Shown: in pieces, positions 27,359 to 39,200 of the stretch
Position numbering within the stretch: the first letter of the stretch is position 1
Layout of the letters: each line of letters begins with the position of its first letter
Source of the DNA: a virus
Virus record (IMG/VR): IMGVR_UViG_3300043444_000257
Span: 20,509 to 84,508 of that record
Length of the DNA: 64,000 bases
Reading direction: 5' to 3' (one strand)
The notes under the pieces: model-generated
The model's input: only the letters and a program-made list of their open reading frames with translations
Databases searched by the model: none
Told to the model about the DNA's origin: nothing
Program-made: the position numbers and the translations under genes

Positions 27359-28825
27359 ATGACAGGACCTTTTAGTATCGGAGTATTTGGAGAAGATCCT
27401 AGTAACTCTAATGAAGATAATTTTACCGCAGCTCTAGGTAGAATTAGTGGTAAAGCACTTAAAGACAATCTAAATAGAAATGGTTCTGATCTTACTTTTA
27501 GAAACAGGATAGGTGATCCTGATCTATTATATCTAGATGTTAACAATATGAGAGTGGGTGTTAATACAGACACTCCTGCTTATGATTTAGACATCAACTC
27601 TAATATCAATACTACCAACGGCTCTGTTACCGGCCAAGCGAATCTAGATAACGTTATAATCAATGCTGCTGGTTATTTTTCTACATCGGTGGGATCCTTG
27701 CATATACAACCAACCGGCGCAGGGACGATGATAGAACATGAAAGGATGACCACTGCTAATTTAGAATTTAACGACAATTTCGTTGGCAGTTTTTCAAACA
27801 GTAATATAGTATTAGATCCGAACGGTGCAGGAACTATTGAATTCCAAGCAACTACAAATATTTCTTTAGATCTTTCTGTTACGGGCAATATTCAAACAGC
27901 CGGCGATCTGAGCACCGCTAGTCAATTGATCATCGGTGACAGTCCATTAGACGTGGTAGTAATTGCACCAGATTTTACACAGAGCATTATTCCTGGAACA
28001 TCTAGCACCTACGATTTAGGAACTCCACTGAAAAAGTGGAGTAGGGTTTATTCTCCAGATCTTACTAACGTAACTAGAGTAAGGCCCAATGCTGCTAATT
28101 ATAGCGACCAAGTTAGAATAGACGGTGTTAATAAAACAATATTCGCTATGCAGAGCAACGACGATGTTCACTTAGATCCTTCAACCGGAATTACTTACAT
28201 TGAAGAATTAAAATTTCAAGGTAACGATATTACCAATAGTAGATCTGTTAGAGCATTAAGTGGATCTGCTATCGCAGCAGGATTACTGGCCGGAGATCCG
28301 TTTTGGGATACATCTGTTACAGGTAATGAATATTTTCTTGGTGGTGGCACTACATTGATAACTTCGCGAACTTCTAAGTTAGGAGATATTCGAAATGATT
28401 TGGATAACCCCGGAGTAATTAATGCTGACGATGCCAACTTAGTTTTATCCATCGATGCTAAAACCAGCGGAACATTAAATGAACAACTATGGTATCATGA
28501 AGTGATAAAACCAGCAGTGTTCGCCAACCCAACCGCAACTACAGCATATTCTAATGGTGTTTCATCGTCAAATCTACCAATGACTTTTATATCGTCTGGA
28601 ACTGGATATGTAAAATTTGATGGAACTAATGCTATGATTATTCCTGCAGGAACATCGGCAGAACGAACATATTCCGAAATAGGTGATACTCGTTGGAATA
28701 CAGAACTTAACTATCTAGAATGCTATGACGGAGATAGATACATCATATCAACTGGTTCTGGCGAAGTTGTTAGCACCGACCTCATGACAGACCTAGCTAT
28801 TACTAGGGCTCTAATACTCACTTAA
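27359..28825 (+). CDS. Virion fibre protein (paralog of 28974)
   Basis: GRISG..LK.NL.R.G..L.F...DLLYLDVNN.RVGVN shared with 28974. YDLG....W and C-terminal GTSAER modules. Confidence 0.65.
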   Translation: MTGPFSIGVFGEDPSNSNEDNFTAALGRISGKALKDNLNRNGSDLTFRNRIGDPDLLYLDVNNMRVGVNTDTPAYDLDINSNINTTNGSVTGQANLDNVIINAAGYFSTSVGSLHIQPTGAGTMIEHERMTTANLEFNDNFVGSFSNSNIVLDPNGAGTIEFQATTNISLDLSVTGNIQTAGDLSTASQLIIGDSPLDVVVIAPDFTQSIIPGTSSTYDLGTPLKKWSRVYSPDLTNVTRVRPNAANYSDQVRIDGVNKTIFAMQSNDDVHLDPSTGITYIEELKFQGNDITNSRSVRALSGSAIAAGLLAGDPFWDTSVTGNEYFLGGGTTLITSRTSKLGDIRNDLDNPGVINADDANLVLSIDAKTSGTLNEQLWYHEVIKPAVFANPTATTAYSNGVSSSNLPMTFISSGTGYVKFDGTNAMIIPAGTSAERTYSEIGDTRWNTELNYLECYDGDRYIISTGSGEVVSTDLMTDLAITRALILT

Positions 28826-28838
28826 TTTCCAATCTGAC

Positions 28839-28965
28839 TAAATACACTTAATGCGACAAACAGGCCAAGTTTTCGCAAATTAAACTGTGGTAAACCAGCA
28901 AAGAGCCGTAAAAGCGGATGCGGAGCAATCCAAAATTGGTTAACCGTGTAACACGGGGTTATTAG
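28839..28965 (+). promoter_or_regulatory. Late promoter plus a structured ~125-nt 5' leader (candidate cis-regulatory RNA)
   Basis: TAAATA at 28839-28844. Hairpins at 28852-28877, 28906-28917, 28922-28931 (GCAA loop) and 28944-28956 next to the AGGAG SD. Confidence 0.45.
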
Positions 28966-28973
28966 GAGAGCAA

Positions 28974-30026
28974 ATGGCTATTGGTCGTATTTCAGGGCCG
29001 CTCTTAAAGCAGAATCTCATCAGAGATGGTGTGAATCTAGCTTTTGAGACCGACCTTCTCTATCTTGATGTAAACAACTCTCGCATAGGCGTAAACAATG
29101 CCTCTCCAACGACAGCCCTCGATGTAGTCGGCACCACAAGATCGACAACACTAACAGTAGATAATCAACTTGACGTTGGTAATTTACACATCACCGGTAA
29201 TACCATCAGCAGTGATTTACAAACAATCACATTTCAACCTGCTGCCGGTAACCCAACAATTTATCATTCTAAATTACAAGTAGACGATCTGCAATTCAGC
29301 GGAAATACGATTTCTACTACAGTGTCTAATTCTAATTTAGAATTCCGTCCTAACGGCACAGGACAATTAACAGTAGTAGGAAATACAAATATTACAGGAA
29401 ACTTATACGTCTCTGGTAATATCCAAGCTACTGGTAATATCACAATCGGCGGTAACATCACGATAGGTGACGCACTAACTGATAGTATTACAATTAATGC
29501 CAGCATACAAAGTAGCCTAATCCCTGAAGTAACAGATACTTGGGATCTAGGTTCTGCATCGTTTAGATGGAGAACAATGTATGTCGATGATATGTATGCC
29601 GATACTCTAAATCTTCCAACATTGGACATTGGACAGTTAGAATTTAGAGACAACAGGATTACTACAAAGTCAGGACAAGATTTATACATCGACGGCAACT
29701 CTGCTGGCGGAGTAAGATTAGGTAACTTTAAAATCGCAGATAACATCATCACTAACGTGGTAGTTAATGCTATAACACAGATTGTTCATACAGGTAACGG
29801 TTATTTTAAAATAGCAGGAACTAACGGATTTGTTCCGCCAATTGGTTCTGACGCACAGCGTCCTACCGCTTATGCTGTAACTGGTATGACACGATACAAC
29901 ACAAATTCAAAAGCCTTGGAAATCTGGGACGGATTGGCCTGGGCAAGCCCTGCAGGTAGTTCGGGTGCTGTGTCTGAAACAGACGCTAACGAAATTGCAG
30001 CTATATACTCAATTATTCTAGGATGA
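28974..30026 (+). CDS. Virion fibre protein
   Basis: Repeated GN.I...NL motifs and a C-terminal GSDAQRP..GMTRYNT module. Paralog of 27359. Confidence 0.65.
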   Translation: MAIGRISGPLLKQNLIRDGVNLAFETDLLYLDVNNSRIGVNNASPTTALDVVGTTRSTTLTVDNQLDVGNLHITGNTISSDLQTITFQPAAGNPTIYHSKLQVDDLQFSGNTISTTVSNSNLEFRPNGTGQLTVVGNTNITGNLYVSGNIQATGNITIGGNITIGDALTDSITINASIQSSLIPEVTDTWDLGSASFRWRTMYVDDMYADTLNLPTLDIGQLEFRDNRITTKSGQDLYIDGNSAGGVRLGNFKIADNIITNVVVNAITQIVHTGNGYFKIAGTNGFVPPIGSDAQRPTAYAVTGMTRYNTNSKALEIWDGLAWASPAGSSGAVSETDANEIAAIYSIILG

Positions 30027-30032
30027 TTAACT

Positions 30033-30365
30033 ATGCCAACCGTATTTAGAATGATTACAGCCACAGACGTGGGCACAACACCGATCGATGTTCTACAGAT
30101 TGCCGAAGGTGTTAGAGCTACTGTGATTGGTTGTAATCTATCAAACACAACAACTTACGATACTGTAAACGTAAACGTTTACGTAGTTGATGAAAACTCG
30201 ACAGCAGCTACATTTGTTAAAAATGTTATTATTCCGCCCAACACTGCGGTTAAATTAATCACAGGCGGAGAAAAATTAATTTTACCAGAAACAGCAGGTC
30301 TTAGAGTAGAAAGCTCAATAGATAACAGCGTTGACGCTGTGGTCAGTTACGTTGAGATATCATAA
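30033..30365 (+). CDS. Small virion protein (paralog of 25692 and 44165)
   Basis: CNLSN...VNVNVYVV...IIPPNT...EKLIL...VSYVEI. Confidence 0.6.
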   Translation: MPTVFRMITATDVGTTPIDVLQIAEGVRATVIGCNLSNTTTYDTVNVNVYVVDENSTAATFVKNVIIPPNTAVKLITGGEKLILPETAGLRVESSIDNSVDAVVSYVEIS

Positions 30366-30375
30366 GGAGCGATAA

Positions 30376-30738
30376 ATGAGTTACTTTGGAAGAACCCCTG
30401 CAGACATATTAGGAAACAGTCCACAGTATTTCTATGCTCTGCGCAGAAACGAGGACGGCGAATTATATTTTATTCGCAGCGATCAGCTCACAGATAACGA
30501 CACTGTGGTAATCAACAATCCAGGAGCATCAACTGACAACTTCGATGATTTTGAAGCAGGTGTTGATTATTTTGAAGGTATTGACGAGGATCACAATATA
30601 GTTTTTCCTAACATGAAGTATCCTCAATATCGTTGGGATAATAGATCCATGCTGTATTATGTTGACGACGAAGGAAGATTGGTTCAACGAATTAATAAAA
30701 CATACGAATACCCAGCTGGGGTTTCATCAAACGGATAA
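30376..30738 (+). CDS. Hypothetical structural protein
   Basis: 120 aa with AAGGAG SD, within the fibre operon. Tyr/Asp-rich. Confidence 0.6.
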   Translation: MSYFGRTPADILGNSPQYFYALRRNEDGELYFIRSDQLTDNDTVVINNPGASTDNFDDFEAGVDYFEGIDEDHNIVFPNMKYPQYRWDNRSMLYYVDDEGRLVQRINKTYEYPAGVSSNG

Positions 30739-30750
30739 TGGAATTAAAAA

Positions 30751-33700
30751 ATGGCAGAGTTTAAGATTAATAAATTTGCTTACACTTGGAAAGGAAACTG
30801 GACAAGTGGCACAGCATATATCAAAGACGACATTGTAAGATACGGTGGCAAATCCTTCGTATGTATTAGACAACATACAGCAGATTCAGATTTTTATTCT
30901 GATCTTTATTATGTTTTTCCTGGCGATACTAGCCAAAGCCCAGCATGGGTAAAGATGACCGATGGTTTTTCTTACAGAGAAACGTGGACTGCTACAACAA
31001 AATATAATCTAGGTGACATCGTTCAATATGGTGGCCGCCTGTATTTGGTCATTGAAGACCACACATCTACAACAATATTTGACGACAATATCGGCAAACA
31101 TTCTGTCTATGCAGAAGGTTCTTCTTGGAATAACAACTGGGCTCCGGCAACAAGATACGGTATTGGAGATCTTGTAAAATATAACGGTATAGTTTATCGA
31201 TGCATAACAGGTCACACTTCTGCTACAACATCTTTAGGTTTAGAATCAGACCAAGCTAAATGGTCTACTTACTATGAAGGCATCGAATATAAAGGTGCTT
31301 ATACATCAGGAACAAGATATAGATTAAACGATTTAGTTAAATTTGGCGGCAGCATCTTACGTTGCACCCAAGGCCATACTTCAACTTCTACAATTGATAA
31401 CGCATACTGGACCATAGATCTACCAGGAAATAATCCTGTAGGAGATTGGGTTGTTACTACACAGTATGCTATCGGTGATATCGTTAAACACGGCGGCTAT
31501 ATGTATGTCGCAAAAACTAATCACACTGGAATTAGTCCTGGAGACGAAGACCTTGGCTCAGCTAACTGGACAATAATCTCAAAAGGACAGAACTTTAGAG
31601 GTGCTTGGGATGCAGAAGCAACTTATAAGACCGGTGATGTTGTTCAACGTGGCGGACAGGTATATGTTGCTACTCTTGACAGTTCTACTGACGGCAGTTC
31701 GTTAGATTATCTAGAAGCAGGATCGTGGGAAGTTATAGTTCCTGGCGAAAACTGGAGAAATTACTGGTCTAGTAATGCAGAATATGCTGTAGGTGATGTA
31801 GTTATATTCGACGGCTCTTCATATAGATGTAGCTATGCTCACACTGCTGATAGTCAAAATTACCCAGGAGATAACGGGTCGGGTTTTGTTTATTGGACAT
31901 TGTTGCTGCAATCTGGACCAAACATTGGTCTAAGACAACGAGGCGATTTGTTAACATACGATCTTCAAAGAGGACTTGCTGGCGATACCAGCACGTTTGG
32001 TCCGACAGCCGTTGAGATAGGAACAAAAACTCATTTGTTAACTATTAACGATGAAGACAGTTTATACTATAAAGCATTTAACGAATTAGCAAGAGCACTA
32101 TATGTTGCACCAAATGGGTTTGACGAACCCGGCCGTGGACATAGTATCTTTAATCCTTTTAAAACTATTAGATATGCCTGTGAACGTGCTGAAGAATTAG
32201 GAGATTCAGTTGAAACTAACATTTATGTTAGAACTGGAAAATATCAAGAAATACTTCCTATCATAGTTCCTAGCAAAACAGCGTTACAGGGAGAAGAAGT
32301 CCGAGGAGTTATTGTTGAACCTAATGAACCAATAGCAGCATTAGCCAATGACGACACTTATACTTTAGATATACTTTCTAGAATGCGAGAAATTTTGCCT
32401 GACATCATCAAAGGCGATTTAATTACTCCAGTAACTGGTAATAATATAGATCAAGTAGTGTTATCAGGTTTAAGTGATGATGCAACAGGAGTAACTCTTA
32501 TTGGTTTAGTTGATGACGTCAGCGACTATATTAATTTTAAATTTAACAACGGACAGAGTAACCCGACAGTGACTGGTTCTAATGATCCATCAACAGATTC
32601 GATGGTTATTAATGCTACGCTTCAATTAGAAGCAAATATTGAATTCTTGCAAGAAGAAGCAGTAGCATTTATGAATTATTATTATCCTAACTATACATTT
32701 GATTCAAATCTTTGCAGAAGAGATATTGACAGATATATCAGGGCCTTCGTTTATGATTTAACGTATACAGGTAATTACAAATCGATCATGGCAGCAAGAT
32801 ATTATTGTAATGCTGTCACGGGTTCGAATCACGAAGACATGTTCTATGTTCGAAACGCAACTGGTATTCGAAACATGACTTTACAAGGCTTAGTCGGTGA
32901 ATTAAGCGAAGAATTATATAATGGATTATATCGTAAGCCAACGGGTGGTTCTTATGTTTCGTTAGATCCAGGATGGGGACCGGCCGATGAAAGATGCTGG
33001 ATCACTTCGAGATCTTGTTATGTTCAAAACGTAGCAACATTCGGTTACGGCGCTACTGGTCAAAAGATCGACGGCGCTTTACATAATGGCGGAAATAAAT
33101 CTATTGTTTCCAACGACTTTACGCAAGTTATCAGTGACGGTATCGGTGCGTGGGTTCTCAACGACGGTAGAGCTGAACTTGTTTCGGTGTTTACATATTA
33201 TTCTCATGTAGGCTATTTGGCTGAGAATGGCGGTAAGATTCGTGCTACCAATGGTAATAACTCATACGGCGATTTTGGATCTTTAGCAGTTGGCAATGAT
33301 CCGTTAGAAACTCCCAAGTATGGAAGTGTTAACAACAGAAACAATGAAGCTACAGTTATATCAGCATTCGCGGGTGAAGTCAACGATTTTATCTTAACAT
33401 TAGAATTTGAAAATGCAGGACAAAACTACACACAGGCCAGCTATAGCATCATTGGTTCGGGAGTAGGAGCCAGTGTAATTCAAGATGACTTTAGAGACAA
33501 GGCTGTATTTTATCCTAAACTGATAAACCCTCAAGACTCGTCCTTACCTGGCGGTTCTGGATACATTGTGGTTCAAAACAACGCTCAGAGCGGCGGCCCA
33601 ACATCAATCACGATCGCTTCAAATGATTCTAACGAAGAATCCGCATACCTAGGTATGAGGATTGTTATTACATCGGGTGTTGGAACAGGACAATACGGTA

Positions 33701-36222
33701 TCATCACAGGTTATAATACATTAACTAAAGTAGTCACAGTTAAGAGAGAAAGCGACGGTGTCGCAGGATGGGATCATGTAGTTCCAGGATATCCGATAGC
33801 ACCGTTGTTGATTAACTCGACAACATATAGAATTGAAGCATTGGTAACATTTGCTGCGCCTCCTTATATCACACAGGCTATAACAATTCCGGTAAGCACA
33901 TATTGGAGTAATATTGTGTATGGCGAAACTAGAGAATCCTACACAAATGTTCTAGGTTCAGCACCTTCTGGAACTACAATTGACATACCAGTATCAGTGG
34001 CTGCATGGAACGTGGTTAAAAACGGAAGAACATATACAGTAACCATAGGAGGTTCTGCTGGAGCAGGTTATGCATTAGGACAAACTGTGATCTTAACAGG
34101 TGATGACCTAGGAGGTATTACTCCAGATAACGATATTACTATTACAATCACAGGAATATCTAACGATAGCACGAACTCAATCACAGCATATACCTATGAA
34201 GGAATAGCAGCTAGTGGACGATTTGTAATGATTCCGTCAACCGGAACTAGCGGAATAGCATCAACGGATGGCATTAACTGGGTAAGCTCAACCCTACCAG
34301 CTAGCCGAGCATGGAAAGGTTTAGCAGCAGGCGGCAACAGATTTGTTACAGTTGGTTATAACTCTGCATCGGTCGCACAATCCACAGATGGCAAAACATG
34401 GACTGAAAGATCTATAGCAAGTAGATTCTGGAATGCAGTAGCATACGGTGACGGTGTATTTGTCGCAGTAGCTGGCAATTTAAACAGCTCAGGAAGAAGC
34501 ACAGACCTAGGAACATCGTGGACTGTGTCAAATAACTTACCAACTTTAGGCGATTCAACGATTAATGAATGGGTTGATGTCACCTACGGTAAAGGAATGT
34601 TCGTGGCTATTGCAAACAGCAATAACGTATATGCTATGAGTAACGACGGTGGAGCGACATGGACCGGCGGAATCATGGATGTGATCGATGATTCTTCACA
34701 GAAAGATTGGATTAGCATAGCATATGGAAGAGATCGTTTTGTGGCTATAAGCAGCCAAGGTGATATTGCCTACAGTTTTGATACTGTTACATGGTATCCT
34801 GCTTCTATGCCTACACAAGACGGCTCTACATCAATGAATTGGAAGAGCATCAAATACGGAAACGGAGTATTTTTAGCTGTTTGCGATACAGGCAGCAAAG
34901 ATATTTTTGGCGATCCTACTTCCGGACCGACAAACTTTATAGCTACTTCCGAAGACGGTATTGTATGGACAGGTAGAGAAGTATCCAGCTTCCAAAATTG
35001 GATTGGAGCAGCCTACGGTAATCCAGATATTACCTATGACGATTCCACAGTTAGAGATGTTGGCAACAATACACCGACTTGGGTTCTAATATCGGGTGAT
35101 CAAAGTAACGTTATTGATGTGGTTAAAACTGGTGCTCGAGCCAAAGGTCGTGTAATACTAGCCAGCGGACGAGTTGGAGGAATTAAATTATGGGATCCGG
35201 GCTCCGGTTACGTCAGCGGTGGTCCTGAAGTTACGGTATACGATCCAAATAGAGCAGCTGAACCATTCTTTGATAATAGGATTGGTGATGGCGTTCTAGG
35301 TCAGCCGAGCTGGTTAAACAGAGGCAGTGCATATAAGACTTCAACAACTAGAGTTACTATATCAGGCGATGGATTTGCTGATGTTATTCCTGCTAATAGA
35401 TACATAACTATCAGCGGTATGACACAATATCCAACCCCTGGTGCGCAGTTGAGATTTGACGGTAACCCAAATCTTTATACAGCAGTTATAGTAACTCCGA
35501 TCACAGGAACTACATTCGATGGTCTAACAGCTAGATTCCAGATCCAACCGTATTTTGATGTGGACAACGGACCTGTGCATAATACCTTTGTTGAAATTAG
35601 AGAAAGATATTCACAATGTCGTATTACTGGACACGATTTCTTAGATATTGGAACAGGTAATTTCTTAGAAACTAACTACCCAGAATTATATTCTACAGGG
35701 GATTTCTTCAAAGCTCCTGAGAATGAAATTGCTGAGACAGATGGCGGTCGTGTATTCTATACATCAACTGACCAAGACGGTAACTTTAGAGCTGGTGAAT
35801 TGTTCGCTGTTGAACAGGCAACTGGTATTGTAACAATCAGTGCTGATTATTTTGACTTAAACGGATTATCAGAACTGAGACTAGGTGGAGTTAGATTAGG
35901 CGGAACCGGCACAGTTATTAGAGAATTTTCAACAGATCCTCTATTCAGTGCTGATAGTAATAATGTAATTCCAACACAACGAGCTATCAAAGCATATTTG
36001 GCCAACAGATTAAGCGTTGGTGGTGCAGATATTGCTACAGCTAGCTTTATCGCTGGAACAGTTAAAGTAGGTCCTGGCGAAATTCGCAGCACAATTAACG
36101 GCCATACAGTATTCCCACAAAGGATGGACTTCTATGGCCCAGACGCAACTGGTAGAAATGGTTCGGTCACTGGAACAATTTTAGCTCAAACGCTGTTCTA
36201 TAGATCGTTTAAACACAGATAA
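30751..36222 (+). CDS. Large virion structural protein with N-terminal CBM5/12 (ChtBD3)-like repeats, a beta-helix region and BNR/propeller-like repeats
   Basis: About 7 W....Y..GD.V.Y.G repeats, YVAPNG.D...PFKTIRYACE, SNDFTQ.ISDGIG, and W..IAYG.G.FVA / S.DG..W repeats. Paralog of 36259. Confidence 0.75.
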   Translation: MAEFKINKFAYTWKGNWTSGTAYIKDDIVRYGGKSFVCIRQHTADSDFYSDLYYVFPGDTSQSPAWVKMTDGFSYRETWTATTKYNLGDIVQYGGRLYLVIEDHTSTTIFDDNIGKHSVYAEGSSWNNNWAPATRYGIGDLVKYNGIVYRCITGHTSATTSLGLESDQAKWSTYYEGIEYKGAYTSGTRYRLNDLVKFGGSILRCTQGHTSTSTIDNAYWTIDLPGNNPVGDWVVTTQYAIGDIVKHGGYMYVAKTNHTGISPGDEDLGSANWTIISKGQNFRGAWDAEATYKTGDVVQRGGQVYVATLDSSTDGSSLDYLEAGSWEVIVPGENWRNYWSSNAEYAVGDVVIFDGSSYRCSYAHTADSQNYPGDNGSGFVYWTLLLQSGPNIGLRQRGDLLTYDLQRGLAGDTSTFGPTAVEIGTKTHLLTINDEDSLYYKAFNELARALYVAPNGFDEPGRGHSIFNPFKTIRYACERAEELGDSVETNIYVRTGKYQEILPIIVPSKTALQGEEVRGVIVEPNEPIAALANDDTYTLDILSRMREILPDIIKGDLITPVTGNNIDQVVLSGLSDDATGVTLIGLVDDVSDYINFKFNNGQSNPTVTGSNDPSTDSMVINATLQLEANIEFLQEEAVAFMNYYYPNYTFDSNLCRRDIDRYIRAFVYDLTYTGNYKSIMAARYYCNAVTGSNHEDMFYVRNATGIRNMTLQGLVGELSEELYNGLYRKPTGGSYVSLDPGWGPADERCWITSRSCYVQNVATFGYGATGQKIDGALHNGGNKSIVSNDFTQVISDGIGAWVLNDGRAELVSVFTYYSHVGYLAENGGKIRATNGNNSYGDFGSLAVGNDPLETPKYGSVNNRNNEATVISAFAGEVNDFILTLEFENAGQNYTQASYSIIGSGVGASVIQDDFRDKAVFYPKLINPQDSSLPGGSGYIVVQNNAQSGGPTSITIASNDSNEESAYLGMRIVITSGVGTGQYGIITGYNTLTKVVTVKRESDGVAGWDHVVPGYPIAPLLINSTTYRIEALVTFAAPPYITQAITIPVSTYWSNIVYGETRESYTNVLGSAPSGTTIDIPVSVAAWNVVKNGRTYTVTIGGSAGAGYALGQTVILTGDDLGGITPDNDITITITGISNDSTNSITAYTYEGIAASGRFVMIPSTGTSGIASTDGINWVSSTLPASRAWKGLAAGGNRFVTVGYNSASVAQSTDGKTWTERSIASRFWNAVAYGDGVFVAVAGNLNSSGRSTDLGTSWTVSNNLPTLGDSTINEWVDVTYGKGMFVAIANSNNVYAMSNDGGATWTGGIMDVIDDSSQKDWISIAYGRDRFVAISSQGDIAYSFDTVTWYPASMPTQDGSTSMNWKSIKYGNGVFLAVCDTGSKDIFGDPTSGPTNFIATSEDGIVWTGREVSSFQNWIGAAYGNPDITYDDSTVRDVGNNTPTWVLISGDQSNVIDVVKTGARAKGRVILASGRVGGIKLWDPGSGYVSGGPEVTVYDPNRAAEPFFDNRIGDGVLGQPSWLNRGSAYKTSTTRVTISGDGFADVIPANRYITISGMTQYPTPGAQLRFDGNPNLYTAVIVTPITGTTFDGLTARFQIQPYFDVDNGPVHNTFVEIRERYSQCRITGHDFLDIGTGNFLETNYPELYSTGDFFKAPENEIAETDGGRVFYTSTDQDGNFRAGELFAVEQATGIVTISADYFDLNGLSELRLGGVRLGGTGTVIREFSTDPLFSADSNNVIPTQRAIKAYLANRLSVGGADIATASFIAGTVKVGPGEIRSTINGHTVFPQRMDFYGPDATGRNGSVTGTILAQTLFYRSFKHR

Positions 36223-36258
36223 TAGTTAGTGATAAATAATGTAACTTGGAGCATTTAA

Positions 36259-39200
36259 ATGGCAGAATTTAAATTAGGTAGAATTAGATTTGTATGGAAA
36301 GGTAACTGGACCACAGGAACCGAATACTACAAGGACGATGTTGTTCGTCAGGGTGGTAAAACTTTTATCTGCACGGTAGGACATACCGCAGCAGCAGATT
36401 TTTACACAGATCTAAACTTTGTTCCTACAAAATGGAACCAAATGACCGATGGTCAAGAGTGGAGAGGCAATTGGACTACATCTACTTCTTATAAAGTAGG
36501 AGATTTAGTCAAGTATGGTGGAACAGTATACGTCTGTAATACTTCCCATACATCTGCATCTACAAGTGCTCTAGGTTTAGAAAATAGCATCGCTAACTGG
36601 GATACATTTGCTGAAGGGTTTGACTGGAAGAGTGATTGGGCGATTAATACAAGATACAAGCCCAACGACGTGGTTAGTTATGGTGGGATCACTTATATCT
36701 GCGTAACAGGTCACACATCGGCAGCTACAACAACATTAGGTCTAGAAGATGCTTCTGCAAACTGGCAAGAATGGAACACTGGTTTAGAATACAAGGGTGC
36801 TTGGAGCGGTTCTAGTGTTCGATACAAAGTTAACGACATTGTTAAGTATGGTGGCGGAACATGGATCTGTGTAACTGCACACACTTCTCAAGCAGCATTC
36901 ACCACAGACGAAGCCAAGTGGAATCAATTTAACGAAGGTATTGAGTTCGAAGGCGATTGGTCAAGTGCCACAGCCTACCAAATCGGTGATATCGTTCGTT
37001 ATGGTGGTAATCAATATGTTGCTAAAACAAATAATACAAACGAAAATCCAAGAACAGCAACTACAGAGTGGGATTTATTCGCAGAAGGTTTCAAATATAG
37101 AGGCGCTCATGCACTGACTACAAACTACCTAATCGGTGATGTAGTTAGAAATGCAGGTCATGTATATCTAGCTTCAACTGATTCCACAGCATTACAATTT
37201 ACCTGCACCAGTGTATTGGGCGCATCTGATAGATTTGTAATGTCTACACCAACTGCTGATGTTCAAGTAGGACAGGCAGTTCGTTTTTCTGGAACTACAT
37301 TTGGCGGTATCATAGCAGGCGCGACTTATTATGTTAAGACTGTAGTAAGTCCTACAGATATCACGATTTCTACAACTCCAGGAGGCACAACATTTAACAT
37401 TCCTGGTAATGCGTCTGGATCGATGACTGTAGATATTGGCTGGATTCCTAGCCAAGCTGCTGCGTCCAGCGTATGGACAAGATTAAACAGCGGATTAAAC
37501 TGGTCTGGAGAATGGTTAGATGACACAGAATATGACATCGGTGATGTTGTTCGTTATGGTTCTAACGCATATGTGTGTGTAAGCCGCCACAGATCAGAAG
37601 GCGATGATGGTTCAACAGTGGGGACAGAGGGCGGCGGACAATCGAATAGCCGTCCAGATAGAGATTCCACAGGAACATATTGGAACATTCTATCTATCGG
37701 AACAGAAACTAGCCTACTAACCACAAGAGGTGATTTGGTTTACTTCGGCGGTGCTGGCCCAACACGCTTGCCGGTTGGTGTTGAAGGACAAGTTCTTCGT
37801 GTCAGCGAAGACGACATTCCAGAATGGTTTACTATCGGTAAGGTTGATCATGTTTACTATGTGGCTAATCACGGAACAGATCATCCTGCTCCGATTCACG
37901 GTTTAACTGTTGACAAACCTTGGGCTAGCATACGTTATGCCTGCGAACAGGTTTTAGCAGGACCAAGAAATCTAAGCGCCGCAAGATTATTAGAATTGAA
38001 TAGAGCATTTATTCAGCGTGAAACTGTTGAATGGATCGACTATCAAGTAACAAATAATATTTCTCCGTTTTCAACTTCTTTTACTTACAAAGATGATCGT
38101 TGCGAAAGAGATATCGGATATATCATTGACGCAGTGATTTGGGATATCCGCCACGGCGGAAATAAGAAAACTAGAGAGTCTGCACTATCATATGTGAATG
38201 ATGCACCGGCTGTTTACACACTGGGTCAAGAAGCAGAAACAGTAGCAGCTATTAACTATGCCCTATCTGTAATGGACAATGTTTTAGATCAGACAGCACC
38301 GGCTGCAAACTATCAAACATTAAACGGTGATAACTCTACTGCAATCGTAGCACAGTGGACAGACGCTGCTATCGCTGCCGAAGACGGTGTTAAAACTACA
38401 GTAGCAGGTCTAGTAGAAATCGTAACAGATGCTATCACTGCTGGTGTTGACACTGATATTCCAGCTGAATACCTACCAAGCACTATCATCCATATCAAGA
38501 CTGGAAGATATCTTGAAGAGTTACCAATCATTGTTCCGGAAGGCTGCTGCTTACTAGGCGATGAAGTTCGTTCAGTTAATGCTGGACCAAGCGCAGGCAC
38601 AACTAATATTGCTGATGCCTACTACTCGTTACAATCTCTAAGTAGAATGGAATCTATCGTTGGAGATATTGTAGTGGGATCGACAGTGACTAAGACCGCA
38701 GGAAATACTGCTAGCCAGTCACAGCTATTCCCATACGCTGATACAGATCAACAATCTACAGTTAAACAGTTAGTAAGAATGATCCGCCACAATATCGATT
38801 GGCGTTTAGGCACCATGAACTTAGTTTCATATACTGATCCTACTAACTATAATTCATCATATTTGGTAGGTTACGGCGATGCTAGAACACAACTACTATT
38901 AAACAAAGAATATTTTAAAGTAGAAGTTACAGCATATATCGATGCGAACTATCCAGACGTATACTACAGCAGAACTAAGTGTCAACAAGACGTTGGCTAT
39001 ATCATCGATTCTTTAGTCTACGATTTAACCTACGGTGGATATCAACAGTCTATTAATGCTGGTCTAGCATACTTCAACGGTTCGGGTGGCGCGATGGCCA
39101 TCGATTCAGAAGAATTAACTGCGACGATCGCAGCTATGAATCATTTGAAAGCTATGGTTCAAGATGCGATAGCACTAACACCAACAGGCGGCGATCAAAG

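Noticed and set aside
28885-28962. c-di-GMP-I riboswitch
   Set aside because: Fragments GGTAAACC, GCAAAG and CGGGGTTA resemble it, but the GNRA-capped P2 stem between them is missing. Kept only as an unassigned structured leader.
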